From the IMG/VR virus record IMGVR_UViG_3300005077_000063, positions 1-34,819 of that record: 34,819 nt of DNA. One strand, given 5' to 3'. The translations under genes were made by a program, and so were the position numbers. Below the pieces are notes generated by a model. The model had not been told where the DNA came from, searched no databases, and worked only from the letters and a program-made list of their open reading frames with translations. This document shows positions 24,756 through 33,442 of the stretch, one piece after another. The stretch is from a virus. Lineage: Duplodnaviria; Caudoviricetes. Position 1 is the first letter of the stretch; each line of letters starts with the position of its first letter.

Positions 24756-25538
24756 ATGCTAGAAGAGCAAAAGAACGGGATCGCAGACCCGGAAAAAAAG
24801 GAGCCGGAAAATACTCCAGCCGAAGACAAGAAAGAGGAGAAAAAGGAGCCTGAGAAGAAGGAGCCGGAAAAGAAAGAACCTGACAAGACTCCCAATTACA
24901 GGCCCCAAAAAGACGATAAAGGCGAAAGCGTTCCCTTAAAGAAGTATCTCGGGGTTAAGACCAAAAACAAAGACCTGGAAGACCGCGTGAAAGAGCTTGA
25001 GGGGCAAATAAAATTAGCCAATTCGTCTTCTAATTCCTTTAAAGAAGAAGACCTTGAAGAAATAGCCGAAGAAAACGGCCTGACTGTAGCGGCGGTAAAA
25101 AAGCTTGCTGACAAGATTGTCGGCAAAACAAAAGCCGAAGCTATGGCCGAAGTCCAAAAAGTCATTGAAAAGACCCTCTATCCTCTACTTGCCAAATCCA
25201 GGCAGGATGAGAACGAGAAGAATTTCGAGACGGACTTCAAAAACCGCATTGTCAAGAAGTATCCCCACCTGAAAGACCACAAGGATAGATTCAAGCGTCT
25301 GGTTATGAGTCCCGACTTTGTCGAGATGTCTGAAGACCAGATCGTCTCTGAATACTTTCCCGCCCCCAAGGGGGAGAAAAAAGACACTGTAGAGGGAGGC
25401 TCTACCGGAAATTTGAAAGGGACTGAAACCATTGATTTCAAGACCCTTAACCAGAACCCGGAGCTTTATTCAAAAGTGATGGCCAACCCCAAGCTAAAGG
25501 CAAAATACTTCGAATGGCAGGATCAACAAGGTCTATGA
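24756..25538 (+). CDS. Capsid scaffolding protein
   Basis: Charged, with KKEPE repeats, then SVPLKKY and a coiled coil; directly upstream of the major capsid gene. Confidence 0.75.
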   Translation: MLEEQKNGIADPEKKEPENTPAEDKKEEKKEPEKKEPEKKEPDKTPNYRPQKDDKGESVPLKKYLGVKTKNKDLEDRVKELEGQIKLANSSSNSFKEEDLEEIAEENGLTVAAVKKLADKIVGKTKAEAMAEVQKVIEKTLYPLLAKSRQDENEKNFETDFKNRIVKKYPHLKDHKDRFKRLVMSPDFVEMSEDQIVSEYFPAPKGEKKDTVEGGSTGNLKGTETIDFKTLNQNPELYSKVMANPKLKAKYFEWQDQQGL

Positions 25539-25547
25539 CCATAAGAT

Positions 25548-26744
25548 ATGGCAGACCAATTTACTTACCACCAAGAGGGATTTGCGAATAAGTACCAAGA
25601 CGTATTGCAAAAAACTCTGGTGGCTGATGTGGTCGCTAATCGCAGGCTTGAAAAGCAGTTGACAGTCGGCAAAAAAATCAGCCGATTCAAACTGGTAGTC
25701 GGCGGACACGTTTACGATGAAAGCCGGTATACCGACAGAACCGTAGACACAGTAAGCGACGACACTCAATACATCGAAATAGACAAAGAAAAATATTTAT
25801 CTTGGAAACTTCACAAATGGGACAAATTGCAGAATACCCCATTGCAGGCAGGCGAAGAAATCGGACGCCAAAAAGGCCACTCTATGAGGCAATACATTGA
25901 CGCCGATGTTTTAGCCGAAACATTAAACGCCTACGATACTTTTGATGATGGCGATATCAGTGGAACAGCCGGAAACGGTCTTGATTTTTCCGTTATCAAC
26001 ATCCCAAAAGTGGCGACTCTTTTGCCCGCTAAATTAAGGCAGAACAATGTGGAAGACGGCCAATTCGCCTATGTCCTAGACCCAATAATGATTGCTTACG
26101 TTCAGCAAACATTGCTTGGCAAAGACATCAATTTGACAGATGCCACGTTCAAAAACGGCTATACAGGTCCATTGGTAGGCTGGAGCCTTCACTCATCCAA
26201 CAATTTGACCTTCACTGCCAAGCTTAATATGGCAACCGAGCCGACCGCCAACGATACAGTTGTAATCGGAGACGTTACATTTACCTTTAAGGCAACCGCA
26301 AACGCAGCCGGCCACGTCAAATTGACCGCTACACCCGCCACAACTCTTGATAATCTTGTAGCCGCTATCAACGGTTCAGGCACGGGAGACGGAACCGATT
26401 ATTACGAAGTCTCTACAGCCAACCGAGCTAAATTGCGTGATACATACCGAGCAGCCGCTGTTGACGGCACAACTTATCTTACCCTGACCTGCACAGGCTC
26501 AGGCAGATTAACTGTGTCTGAAACCTTTACCGATGCCACAGACGGATGGAGCCTAAAGAAACTTCACTGCTACGCCGGTAAGAAAAAGCAGGTTGACTTG
26601 ATCATGCAACAGGACGTTCAAGTTGATATGAGACCAGAGCCGAAACAGCCTGTCAACAACTTTTTCGTGGACGCTCTCTACGGCAAGAAGACCTTTGACG
26701 ATGCAGCTCAGAGGTTCCTAGACTTGCAGGTTGTTATTGGCTAA
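25548..26744 (+). CDS. Major capsid protein (P22 coat-like HK97 fold) with inserted domain
   Basis: IEIDKEKY, IDADVL, L..NNV, YVLDP, G.LVGW.L.SSNNL and DALYG.K motifs; Thr/Ala-rich insertion at about 26211-26550. Confidence 0.85.
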   Translation: MADQFTYHQEGFANKYQDVLQKTLVADVVANRRLEKQLTVGKKISRFKLVVGGHVYDESRYTDRTVDTVSDDTQYIEIDKEKYLSWKLHKWDKLQNTPLQAGEEIGRQKGHSMRQYIDADVLAETLNAYDTFDDGDISGTAGNGLDFSVINIPKVATLLPAKLRQNNVEDGQFAYVLDPIMIAYVQQTLLGKDINLTDATFKNGYTGPLVGWSLHSSNNLTFTAKLNMATEPTANDTVVIGDVTFTFKATANAAGHVKLTATPATTLDNLVAAINGSGTGDGTDYYEVSTANRAKLRDTYRAAAVDGTTYLTLTCTGSGRLTVSETFTDATDGWSLKKLHCYAGKKKQVDLIMQQDVQVDMRPEPKQPVNNFFVDALYGKKTFDDAAQRFLDLQVVIG

Positions 26745-26774
26745 TTGAGATTTAATAATTAAGTGATCACTTAA

Positions 26775-27455
26775 ATGACCAACATTAAAGAAAAACTCAT
26801 TTATATCTCAATTGCAGGTCTGATGGTTCTTTCGATTGTGAATATATCGATGAACGCAAACCGCTCTCCAGAAATGGTAGGAAGCACGATCCACGTCTTC
26901 CAAGACGACTTTACCGCAGGAATAGCCGTCAACGGCACCGAGGTAATCAATTCATCTGGCGTTTATGTAGGAGCCGTAAGCGGAACAACCGGGGCTTATT
27001 CGAGCACTTTGTCTGTGACCGGAGCCAGCACTTTGACCGGGGCCGTCTCTATGGGAAGCACCTTGAGTGTGACAGGGGCAACTTCTCTTGAAACTCTAAC
27101 CCAAGGAGGCGGAGAAAAGGCAACATCAACTGATGATACGACAGCGACTCTGCTTTCCACCGACATCGACACGGAGAACCTTCTAACTTTCACGCCGAAT
27201 GTATCAGGAATAACTCTGACTCTTCCTGCTTCATCTACTTTGTCAGCGCACATTCCAAGCACAGGAGACAGTAGAGAAGTGTGGGTCGCAAATGGCACTT
27301 CTACCCCTGGCACCCCGTTCACTTTGGCAGCAGGCACAGGCTGGACTATTCAGATATCAACTTCTACCGCGAATGTTCATACAGGAAAACACGCGGTCTT
27401 GAAGATGATTAGAAAGGCCAATACCGACATCCTGGGAATTCTACAGATTGACTAA
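26775..27455 (+). CDS. Putative capsid decoration/fibre protein with N-terminal TM or signal
   Basis: Hydrophobic N-terminus, TLSVTGA repeats and ITLTLPA motif; follows the capsid gene. Confidence 0.6.
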   Translation: MTNIKEKLIYISIAGLMVLSIVNISMNANRSPEMVGSTIHVFQDDFTAGIAVNGTEVINSSGVYVGAVSGTTGAYSSTLSVTGASTLTGAVSMGSTLSVTGATSLETLTQGGGEKATSTDDTTATLLSTDIDTENLLTFTPNVSGITLTLPASSTLSAHIPSTGDSREVWVANGTSTPGTPFTLAAGTGWTIQISTSTANVHTGKHAVLKMIRKANTDILGILQID

Positions 27456-27462
27456 TTGAGAT

Positions 27463-27500
27463 AAGATTCTGCTCATCCAAAAGAGGTGGGCAGAAATCTT
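27463..27500 (+). terminator. Hairpin after capsid/decoration genes
   Basis: AAGATTCTGCTCATC-CAAAAGA-GGTGGGCAGAAATCTT; no strong U tract, so it may be a processing or stabilising stem. Confidence 0.45.
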
Positions 27501-27523
27501 AACTTAATAACTCAAGAAAAAGT

Positions 27524-27922
27524 ATGAAAAAAGTGATAATAATCGTAATTGCCGTCCTACTGGGAGGGTTTGCTGGATATTTGCTCAGGAATCCTGAAAC
27601 AATAAGAAGGGCCTGGGACCAAGGAATTGGAGGGTATTATTTTGATGATGTCGAGCAGACAGTAGCCACGACGACGGCTGACACCAACCCGATACAAGTC
27701 CTTTCGACAAAGACTAGCCGGCAATACGCTTTGATTCAGAACGACAGCGACACATCGGTTTATCTTGCTTTAGGAGCCAGCACGACTGCAGCAGTCAATG
27801 AAGGAATCCGCTTAAATGCCAACGGTGGAAGCTATGAAATCAACGAATTGAACCTTTACACAGGCGAAATCTGGGCCACAAGTTCAGCCAGCAATAAGAA
27901 GCTCTTAATAACTGAAAAATAA
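27524..27922 (+). CDS. Small beta-sandwich virion protein with N-terminal TM or signal
   Basis: MKKVIIIVIAVLLGGFAGYLL, then RQYALIQNDSDTSVYL...GIRLNANGGSYEI...LYTGEIWA. Confidence 0.6.
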   Translation: MKKVIIIVIAVLLGGFAGYLLRNPETIRRAWDQGIGGYYFDDVEQTVATTTADTNPIQVLSTKTSRQYALIQNDSDTSVYLALGASTTAAVNEGIRLNANGGSYEINELNLYTGEIWATSSASNKKLLITEK

Positions 27923-28783
27923 ATGAGGCAAAAAGGGAGAGAAAAACCAAAAACAGAAGTTATTGTTGATAACCTGGAGGCAAACGTCAACCGGCTGATT
28001 TCCGCGTTTGAATCACTGAAAAGCCAGATACGAGACACCAAGCCCACCATAATCAAAGACGACCAGAAAATCCTTGATTGGCTGGATAAGTTCCAAATCG
28101 AGCCCACCGACCTTTCCAACCTGGAAACCCTTCTCAAAGGCGTGGAATCAGCCGTTAGAAGCCTCAAATTTGAGCAGAGAGAAGTTATTTCGGTCAAAGA
28201 GGCCAATGACCTCATAAAAGCCATTACCGCCGTTAAACGCGCGGTTATGGCCCAGGATTTGTCCGTCAGCTTCGACACTGACCGGATTGAGAGTCTTCTA
28301 AAAAGCATATTAGACGAAATCCCCAGAGTGGAATTCCCTGAGGATTATCCCCTTCCCGACAGCCAACTGCAAAAACTTCTGGACGCCTTCAACGACCTGG
28401 CTACCCAGGAAGGCCTGGAAGACATCGTTTCCGCCATCAAGAAAATCCGCGTGGGCGGAGGCGGAGGCGGAACCGACATTGTGGGGCTGAAGAATGAGGT
28501 AAATGGCAGGGATACAAGAGTGAATGTGGCTACGGAAGACACCCTAGACGAAATCAAGACGAAAATCGGGGGGAGCCTGGAGAATTACAAAGTCGCAGAC
28601 ATCGTCATGAGCGAGAGCGGATACAATTATTACGGATACGTGGATCAGGACGAAAACTGGTACATCATGAGGGAGGGAAGCTCAGGGACGCAATACCGCT
28701 TTGCCTCGGGAACGGGAAGCTACGAAACAGCCTGGACTAATCGGGCAAGCCAATCTTACGATTATTTATTCAACGCATTCTAG
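27923..28783 (+). CDS. Hypothetical virion-associated protein
   Basis: 286 aa: helical N-terminus, G6 linker and aromatic C-terminal domain (YYGY...WYIMR...WTNRA). Confidence 0.6.
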   Translation: MRQKGREKPKTEVIVDNLEANVNRLISAFESLKSQIRDTKPTIIKDDQKILDWLDKFQIEPTDLSNLETLLKGVESAVRSLKFEQREVISVKEANDLIKAITAVKRAVMAQDLSVSFDTDRIESLLKSILDEIPRVEFPEDYPLPDSQLQKLLDAFNDLATQEGLEDIVSAIKKIRVGGGGGGTDIVGLKNEVNGRDTRVNVATEDTLDEIKTKIGGSLENYKVADIVMSESGYNYYGYVDQDENWYIMREGSSGTQYRFASGTGSYETAWTNRASQSYDYLFNAF

Positions 28784-28785
28784 AA

Positions 28786-30948
28786 ATGAAAGGACACAAA
28801 TTTACAATTCTATTTATCGTCATCTGTTCATTCGCCTTTGGGTTCGCTGTTTGGGCTGATTACAAATTCAATCCCTTTACAAGCAAACTTGATTATTACG
28901 AAACAGCTTCTACGACCCCTGAAAATGATTCTCGATATGTTAATGTATCTAGCGATATTATGATAGGAGATTTAGGAATTAAAGCAGATCTGGATGTTTA
29001 CACGGTTGGAGATTATCTGGTTAATGATAACGCCTATACTTACAACGGAAACAATTATGACTTTCAAGCGATAGTAGGTGCTTATTGGGGAATCTATTAT
29101 GCCACAGGAAGTGATTTGGCTTTTGGCGGATATTTCGGCGACCCGCCTGTCTATGTTTTACCAGATATTGTGGACGGTTCGGAAGATATTGGAGTGATGC
29201 TTGGAACTGTTTACCAGGATGTTGGTTTTGGTGCTCCATTTAGATTCACATTCTATTATCTTTTGTCAGAATATGCAGATTTGTATAACTTTTTAGCCGG
29301 AATGTTCGGAGCTGAAAGCGGTTCAACCTGGACAATGGATTACAAAAATGACGGATTGTTTACGAATAACGGAGCTGGAAATGATTTTACTTACAACGCA
29401 GACGCTAATTTAATCCCTTATCCATCAGGAACGCCGAGCATAGCCAAGCCATTGATATCAACTTTTAATGTTGATGACGCTACTGGAAATATAACGACGT
29501 CTGGTCAATATACCTCAAGTCTTGCCAATGGTACAGCACCTTTCGATTTGTCGTCAGCCACCCTTAACACGAACCTAAATGCTGACTATTTAGATGGTCT
29601 TCACGCTGGCAATTCAAGTGGATATATTCCAATCAGCAATGGGACAGTCAATACGAACCTAAATGCTGACCTTTGGGATGGATACCAATCCAGTGATTAT
29701 CTTGACCAAGCAGTAAAACAGGCCTCATCTCCCTCTTTTGGTGGGTTAACTTTGAACGGCAATTTGTTGATCAATACGACCAACGCAGTTCAATTCAGAG
29801 ATGCAAATAATTACATTCAGTCGTCGGCGACAGACAGCATAGATTTTGTTGTAGATACAGGCGGGCAATATAGATTTTCAAGCGGAGCAGGAAGCGATGG
29901 AGGGCAGTTAGTTATAGGAAACAGTTCAAGCTTTAATTCTAACTATGGCAAATTGAACATAAATGATAATGGACCGGTCCCAGAAAACACAGGCACATTC
30001 TATCACGTGTTAAGTTCAATGGAATACCAAGCATCTGGCTGGACTGGTGATAGTGCATCAAATAGACAGGCGTCTGCCTTGCAGGTAGCTTATAGACATT
30101 ATACCCCATACATGATCAATTATCCCATCGGTGGCAATTTTGTTCTTCAAGTGAATAGCGGAAGGGATTGGGAAACACCAGGGACCCCGACAGTAGGAAC
30201 ACGTGGAGCTGCACTTCAATTCCAAGTCTATAATCAGGATGACTATGCACATGCAATCTATGGTTTTTATCAAGAGCAGGGAAGCTGCCAGGCCATAACA
30301 AGAAACACAAAAATAGGTCAGTATTTTGGCGGTTCGTTTGGAAGGTTGCAGATACAGGGAACAGCTACATACACCTCTCACGTTGATTTAGCCACAGGTC
30401 TTGATATATGGCCAGTCACAGTCCAAACAAATGGAAGCCTTGATCAATACAGGGGAATTACAGTTGGACTGCCAAGCATGGATAGTGATGCAGGAGATAA
30501 TATAGATTTCATTACAGGTATAAAATTCAATCACGGAACAAATTCTAGTGCAACTTACACAATGACAAATTATTATGGCGTTGAGATGAGTGGGATCAGC
30601 AGCTTCACTGGTGGAAGTAACTATGGCTTCAATTTCTATAACTGGGATAATCAAAATGACACCAAAGTCATTTCGATAGATGATATTGACGGAGTATCGT
30701 CGGCCATTGGTCTTTATATAAATGACATTTCGATAGGAGGAGATAACAATAATGCAAATGCTTGGGGGATCTATACAGGGTCAACTGCCAAAAACTATTT
30801 TGGTGCGACGACTACGATAAATGCCATTTTGCACTTAACTCCTCGCAGTCAGCCAGGAAGTGCAACAGAAGGAGATGTCTATTCAGACACAGACGACCAT
30901 CATCTGTATTTCTATAATGGAAGCGGATGGGTCCAACTTGATAACTAA
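28786..30948 (+). CDS. Tail fibre/receptor-binding protein with Sec-type signal peptide
   Basis: 720 aa, Gly/Asn/Thr-rich. Two NTNLNADxxDG fibre repeats, C-terminal EGDVY...LYFYNGSGW motif, and N-terminal MKGHKFTILFIVICSFAFGFAVWA. Confidence 0.7.
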   Translation: MKGHKFTILFIVICSFAFGFAVWADYKFNPFTSKLDYYETASTTPENDSRYVNVSSDIMIGDLGIKADLDVYTVGDYLVNDNAYTYNGNNYDFQAIVGAYWGIYYATGSDLAFGGYFGDPPVYVLPDIVDGSEDIGVMLGTVYQDVGFGAPFRFTFYYLLSEYADLYNFLAGMFGAESGSTWTMDYKNDGLFTNNGAGNDFTYNADANLIPYPSGTPSIAKPLISTFNVDDATGNITTSGQYTSSLANGTAPFDLSSATLNTNLNADYLDGLHAGNSSGYIPISNGTVNTNLNADLWDGYQSSDYLDQAVKQASSPSFGGLTLNGNLLINTTNAVQFRDANNYIQSSATDSIDFVVDTGGQYRFSSGAGSDGGQLVIGNSSSFNSNYGKLNINDNGPVPENTGTFYHVLSSMEYQASGWTGDSASNRQASALQVAYRHYTPYMINYPIGGNFVLQVNSGRDWETPGTPTVGTRGAALQFQVYNQDDYAHAIYGFYQEQGSCQAITRNTKIGQYFGGSFGRLQIQGTATYTSHVDLATGLDIWPVTVQTNGSLDQYRGITVGLPSMDSDAGDNIDFITGIKFNHGTNSSATYTMTNYYGVEMSGISSFTGGSNYGFNFYNWDNQNDTKVISIDDIDGVSSAIGLYINDISIGGDNNNANAWGIYTGSTAKNYFGATTTINAILHLTPRSQPGSATEGDVYSDTDDHHLYFYNGSGWVQLDN

Positions 30949-30957
30949 CACAACAAT

Positions 30958-31299
30958 ATGACAAAAGCAAGCTTAATGTTATTAGGATTAACGATAGGAA
31001 TAATAGGAACTATAGCCCTATCTAATGTTAATTCACAAGAACAAACGGCAACTTATGATAAACTAAGCGCTGACATCTATCAGGAGACAACTGAAAACAG
31101 TGTGAAATATAGTAAAGCAGGCTTAGAAGCGGAAAAAAGCGAATTGACTGAAATATATAATTTAAGCAATGGAGCTTGGGAAAGGATTGACAATATAAAA
31201 CATCTTATAAGCCAAGATACCCCGGACTTTAAACGAATATGCCAAGATAAGATAGATAAAATAGATGAAAAGTTAACGGAGATTAACAAACTAAAATAA
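30958..31299 (+). CDS. Signal/TM-bearing coiled-coil protein (possible fibre chaperone)
   Basis: N-terminal hydrophobic helix, helical body; follows the fibre gene. Confidence 0.55.
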   Translation: MTKASLMLLGLTIGIIGTIALSNVNSQEQTATYDKLSADIYQETTENSVKYSKAGLEAEKSELTEIYNLSNGAWERIDNIKHLISQDTPDFKRICQDKIDKIDEKLTEINKLK

Positions 31300-31303
31300 A
31301 CCT

Positions 31304-31564
31304 ATGGAAATTCTACTAGGATTAGTGGTTTCCGGAATAACGGAAATCGCAAAAGTAATATCTGCAAAGCTCGGCAAGGAACTTACGAGCAAGCTTATCT
31401 ATGGAATTGTATTTCTTGGAACGTTTGTATTCACTTATATGCTCAGAGCTGGAGTGATTTCAATGGCCGACGTGCAGAACTTTATTGAGATATTTTCAAC
31501 TGCCGTTGCCAGCTATGAAATTGTAATAAAGAGAGTCCTGAAGCCTGCCCTTGATTTAGAGTAA
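31304..31564 (+). CDS. Holin-like membrane protein
   Basis: 86 aa with 2-3 hydrophobic helices and a charged C-terminus. Confidence 0.55.
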   Translation: MEILLGLVVSGITEIAKVISAKLGKELTSKLIYGIVFLGTFVFTYMLRAGVISMADVQNFIEIFSTAVASYEIVIKRVLKPALDLE

Positions 31565-31569
31565 ATCGT

Positions 31570-31818
31570 ATGGATGACAAGATCAACCAAATAAATATTA
31601 CTATGGAAGGATTTAGAAAAGACATCGGGTATATTAAGCATTCACTCGATGAAAACAAGACCGAGCACAAGGAAATCTTGGACAGGATTGACGCTTGGTT
31701 TAAGACAGCCGAAGACAAGTTCGCCAACAAATGGGTTGAGAAAGTCGCTATTGCAATTGGCTCTGTTGTGGGACTGGCGATAATTGGAGCCGTCTTGAGT
31801 TTAATCATAATCAAATAA
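31570..31818 (+). CDS. Coiled-coil protein with C-terminal TM (XhlA-like topology)
   Basis: Heptad N-terminus, then KWVEKVAIAIGSVVGLAIIGAVLSLIIIK. Confidence 0.6.
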   Translation: MDDKINQINITMEGFRKDIGYIKHSLDENKTEHKEILDRIDAWFKTAEDKFANKWVEKVAIAIGSVVGLAIIGAVLSLIIIK

Positions 31819-31819
31819 T

Positions 31820-32842
31820 ATGAAAAACGTTAGAAAGGAGTTTATTGAAGCTCCTGTAAAAAATACCGGGCTTATTTATGAAGAGCCTAAGGAGCAGGAC
31901 TGGATACTAGGTTCGAGCCCCTTGGAAAACAGGGAAATATTCCCTGATGGGCATGGATGGCCGAAATACAGGCCAGAGGCGGAAATTCAAAGAAACCGCC
32001 ATTTTGACACATTCTCCTGCGTAACCTTTGCCGTCTTAAAAGCCCTGGTAATGTATTTGCGTGTAAACTACGGGGTAACTTTCGACCTTTCCGAAGTCTT
32101 TACCGCCGTGATGAGCGGAACTGTTCCAGGACGAGGAAATTCAGTTAGGAATGTCCTTGAGAGCGTCAGGAAGGACGGCTTTTTAGCCGAATACCTCCGC
32201 ACCTTCACTCCCGAGATGACCAAAGAGCAGTTTTTCAGCCCGATCCCCGAAAAGCTCATCGAGCTGGCAAGAAATAATCTCTTGGAGTGGGAAATCAACT
32301 GGGAAATCATCAGCACCAATTCCAATGTCAACCACACGGACATTACAAACGCTCTCAGGTATTCTCCGATCATCGCCGTTGGCTACGCATGGATACAATC
32401 GGGCAAAGACGGGATGTATTATGACCAGGGCAATTATCCGAACCACTGCTTCTTAATAGACGACTATGACGAAAATGACCAAAGAAAACTCATTGCCAAT
32501 GACAGCTACCCGCATGATTTTGAGGCGGACGGAAATTATCCGACTGAAGAATTTCTCAAGGTGCTCAACCCAAATTTCCGCATCTGGTCAGCCCATAAAA
32601 TAACGGCTTATCCAATTATAAAGGCCAAAGACAGTTTATTAACTAAATTCATCAATATGTTCAAAGAAGTCATACGAGACATTCATGGCGGATACTGGTT
32701 CATCAAAGACGGGAAACGCCAGAAAATCAATTCGATTGGCGGTTTAATGACTGTTATTTTCCGGAATTTCGGAATCGCTAAAGACAATGTGTCCGATGAT
32801 GAGCTAGGCCGATTCCAGTTAACAAACGAATTTTTCAAATAG
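31820..32842 (+). CDS. Papain-like (clan CA, C1-type) cysteine peptidase
   Basis: Oxyanion Gln and catalytic Cys in IQ...TFSCVTFA (Cys67), DLSE, G.G, SP, NHC (His209) and NDSY. Confidence 0.75.
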   Translation: MKNVRKEFIEAPVKNTGLIYEEPKEQDWILGSSPLENREIFPDGHGWPKYRPEAEIQRNRHFDTFSCVTFAVLKALVMYLRVNYGVTFDLSEVFTAVMSGTVPGRGNSVRNVLESVRKDGFLAEYLRTFTPEMTKEQFFSPIPEKLIELARNNLLEWEINWEIISTNSNVNHTDITNALRYSPIIAVGYAWIQSGKDGMYYDQGNYPNHCFLIDDYDENDQRKLIANDSYPHDFEADGNYPTEEFLKVLNPNFRIWSAHKITAYPIIKAKDSLLTKFINMFKEVIRDIHGGYWFIKDGKRQKINSIGGLMTVIFRNFGIAKDNVSDDELGRFQLTNEFFK

Positions 32843-33442
32843 ATGACACCAGAGGAAATCTACAATTTATTCCAGCTGGAATTGGACGGAGAGACATTTG
32901 ACTCAGACGAAGACGCAGAACAAGAGATGAATATCGCCTGGCGGAATCTTCTCTCTGACCGAAACTGGGTAAAGCTCAAAAAGACTCAGACTTTATCCGC
33001 CGGCGAAACCGACCTGACAACCATTACTGACCTAGACAAGGTTTTGAAAGTATGGGCAGTGGGAGATGGTGGATCAACCGACCGAACCCCTTTAATCGGA
33101 GGAACATTCGATGACAGGTTCAACCTTTCTTTTGATTATTGGATAGACCACGTTAACCAGACTTTCAACTTGATTGGCGATGATAACTCATATGAAGAAG
33201 ACGAGCTGGTTGTCGACTACAAATACAAACCGGATGATTTGGCTTTAGAAGATGAAAATGATGTGTCCGTATTTCCCGCCTTTGCCCACCCCATAATCGC
33301 CTACGACATGATTCTCGCCTATAAGGAAAAGGACGAGAACCCTGATTTTTATCAAACCATTGAGCGGAAGAGAGAACGCCTCTTTGACCGCCTCGTTCTT
33401 TGGAACGAACAGCTAGAAGATTATGCCGAGAGTCAAGAATGA
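32843..33442 (+). CDS. Head-to-tail adaptor (tail tubular A / P22 gp4-like)
   Basis: 199 aa acidic protein, MT..EI...MN.A...W..L and FP..AH.IIAY pattern; precedes the stabilisation gene. Confidence 0.65.
   Translation: MTPEEIYNLFQLELDGETFDSDEDAEQEMNIAWRNLLSDRNWVKLKKTQTLSAGETDLTTITDLDKVLKVWAVGDGGSTDRTPLIGGTFDDRFNLSFDYWIDHVNQTFNLIGDDNSYEEDELVVDYKYKPDDLALEDENDVSVFPAFAHPIIAYDMILAYKEKDENPDFYQTIERKRERLFDRLVLWNEQLEDYAESQE

Noticed and set aside
24790-24885. Tandem GAAAAGAAGGAGCC-like repeats as CRISPR or iterons
   Set aside because: These are coding KKEPE low-complexity repeats in the scaffold protein, with no spacers.
26741-27462. Identical CTAATTGAGAT at the stops of the capsid and next gene; capsid is in frame with ORF 26775 (readthrough fusion?)
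   Set aside because: Two further in-frame TAA codons lie in the 30-nt spacer. The 11-mer may be chance or a minor signal.
29567-29670. Near-identical 21-nt repeat in the fibre gene as a DGR template/variable pair
   Set aside because: It is too short, encodes the ordinary NTNLNAD fibre repeat, and no reverse transcriptase is present.
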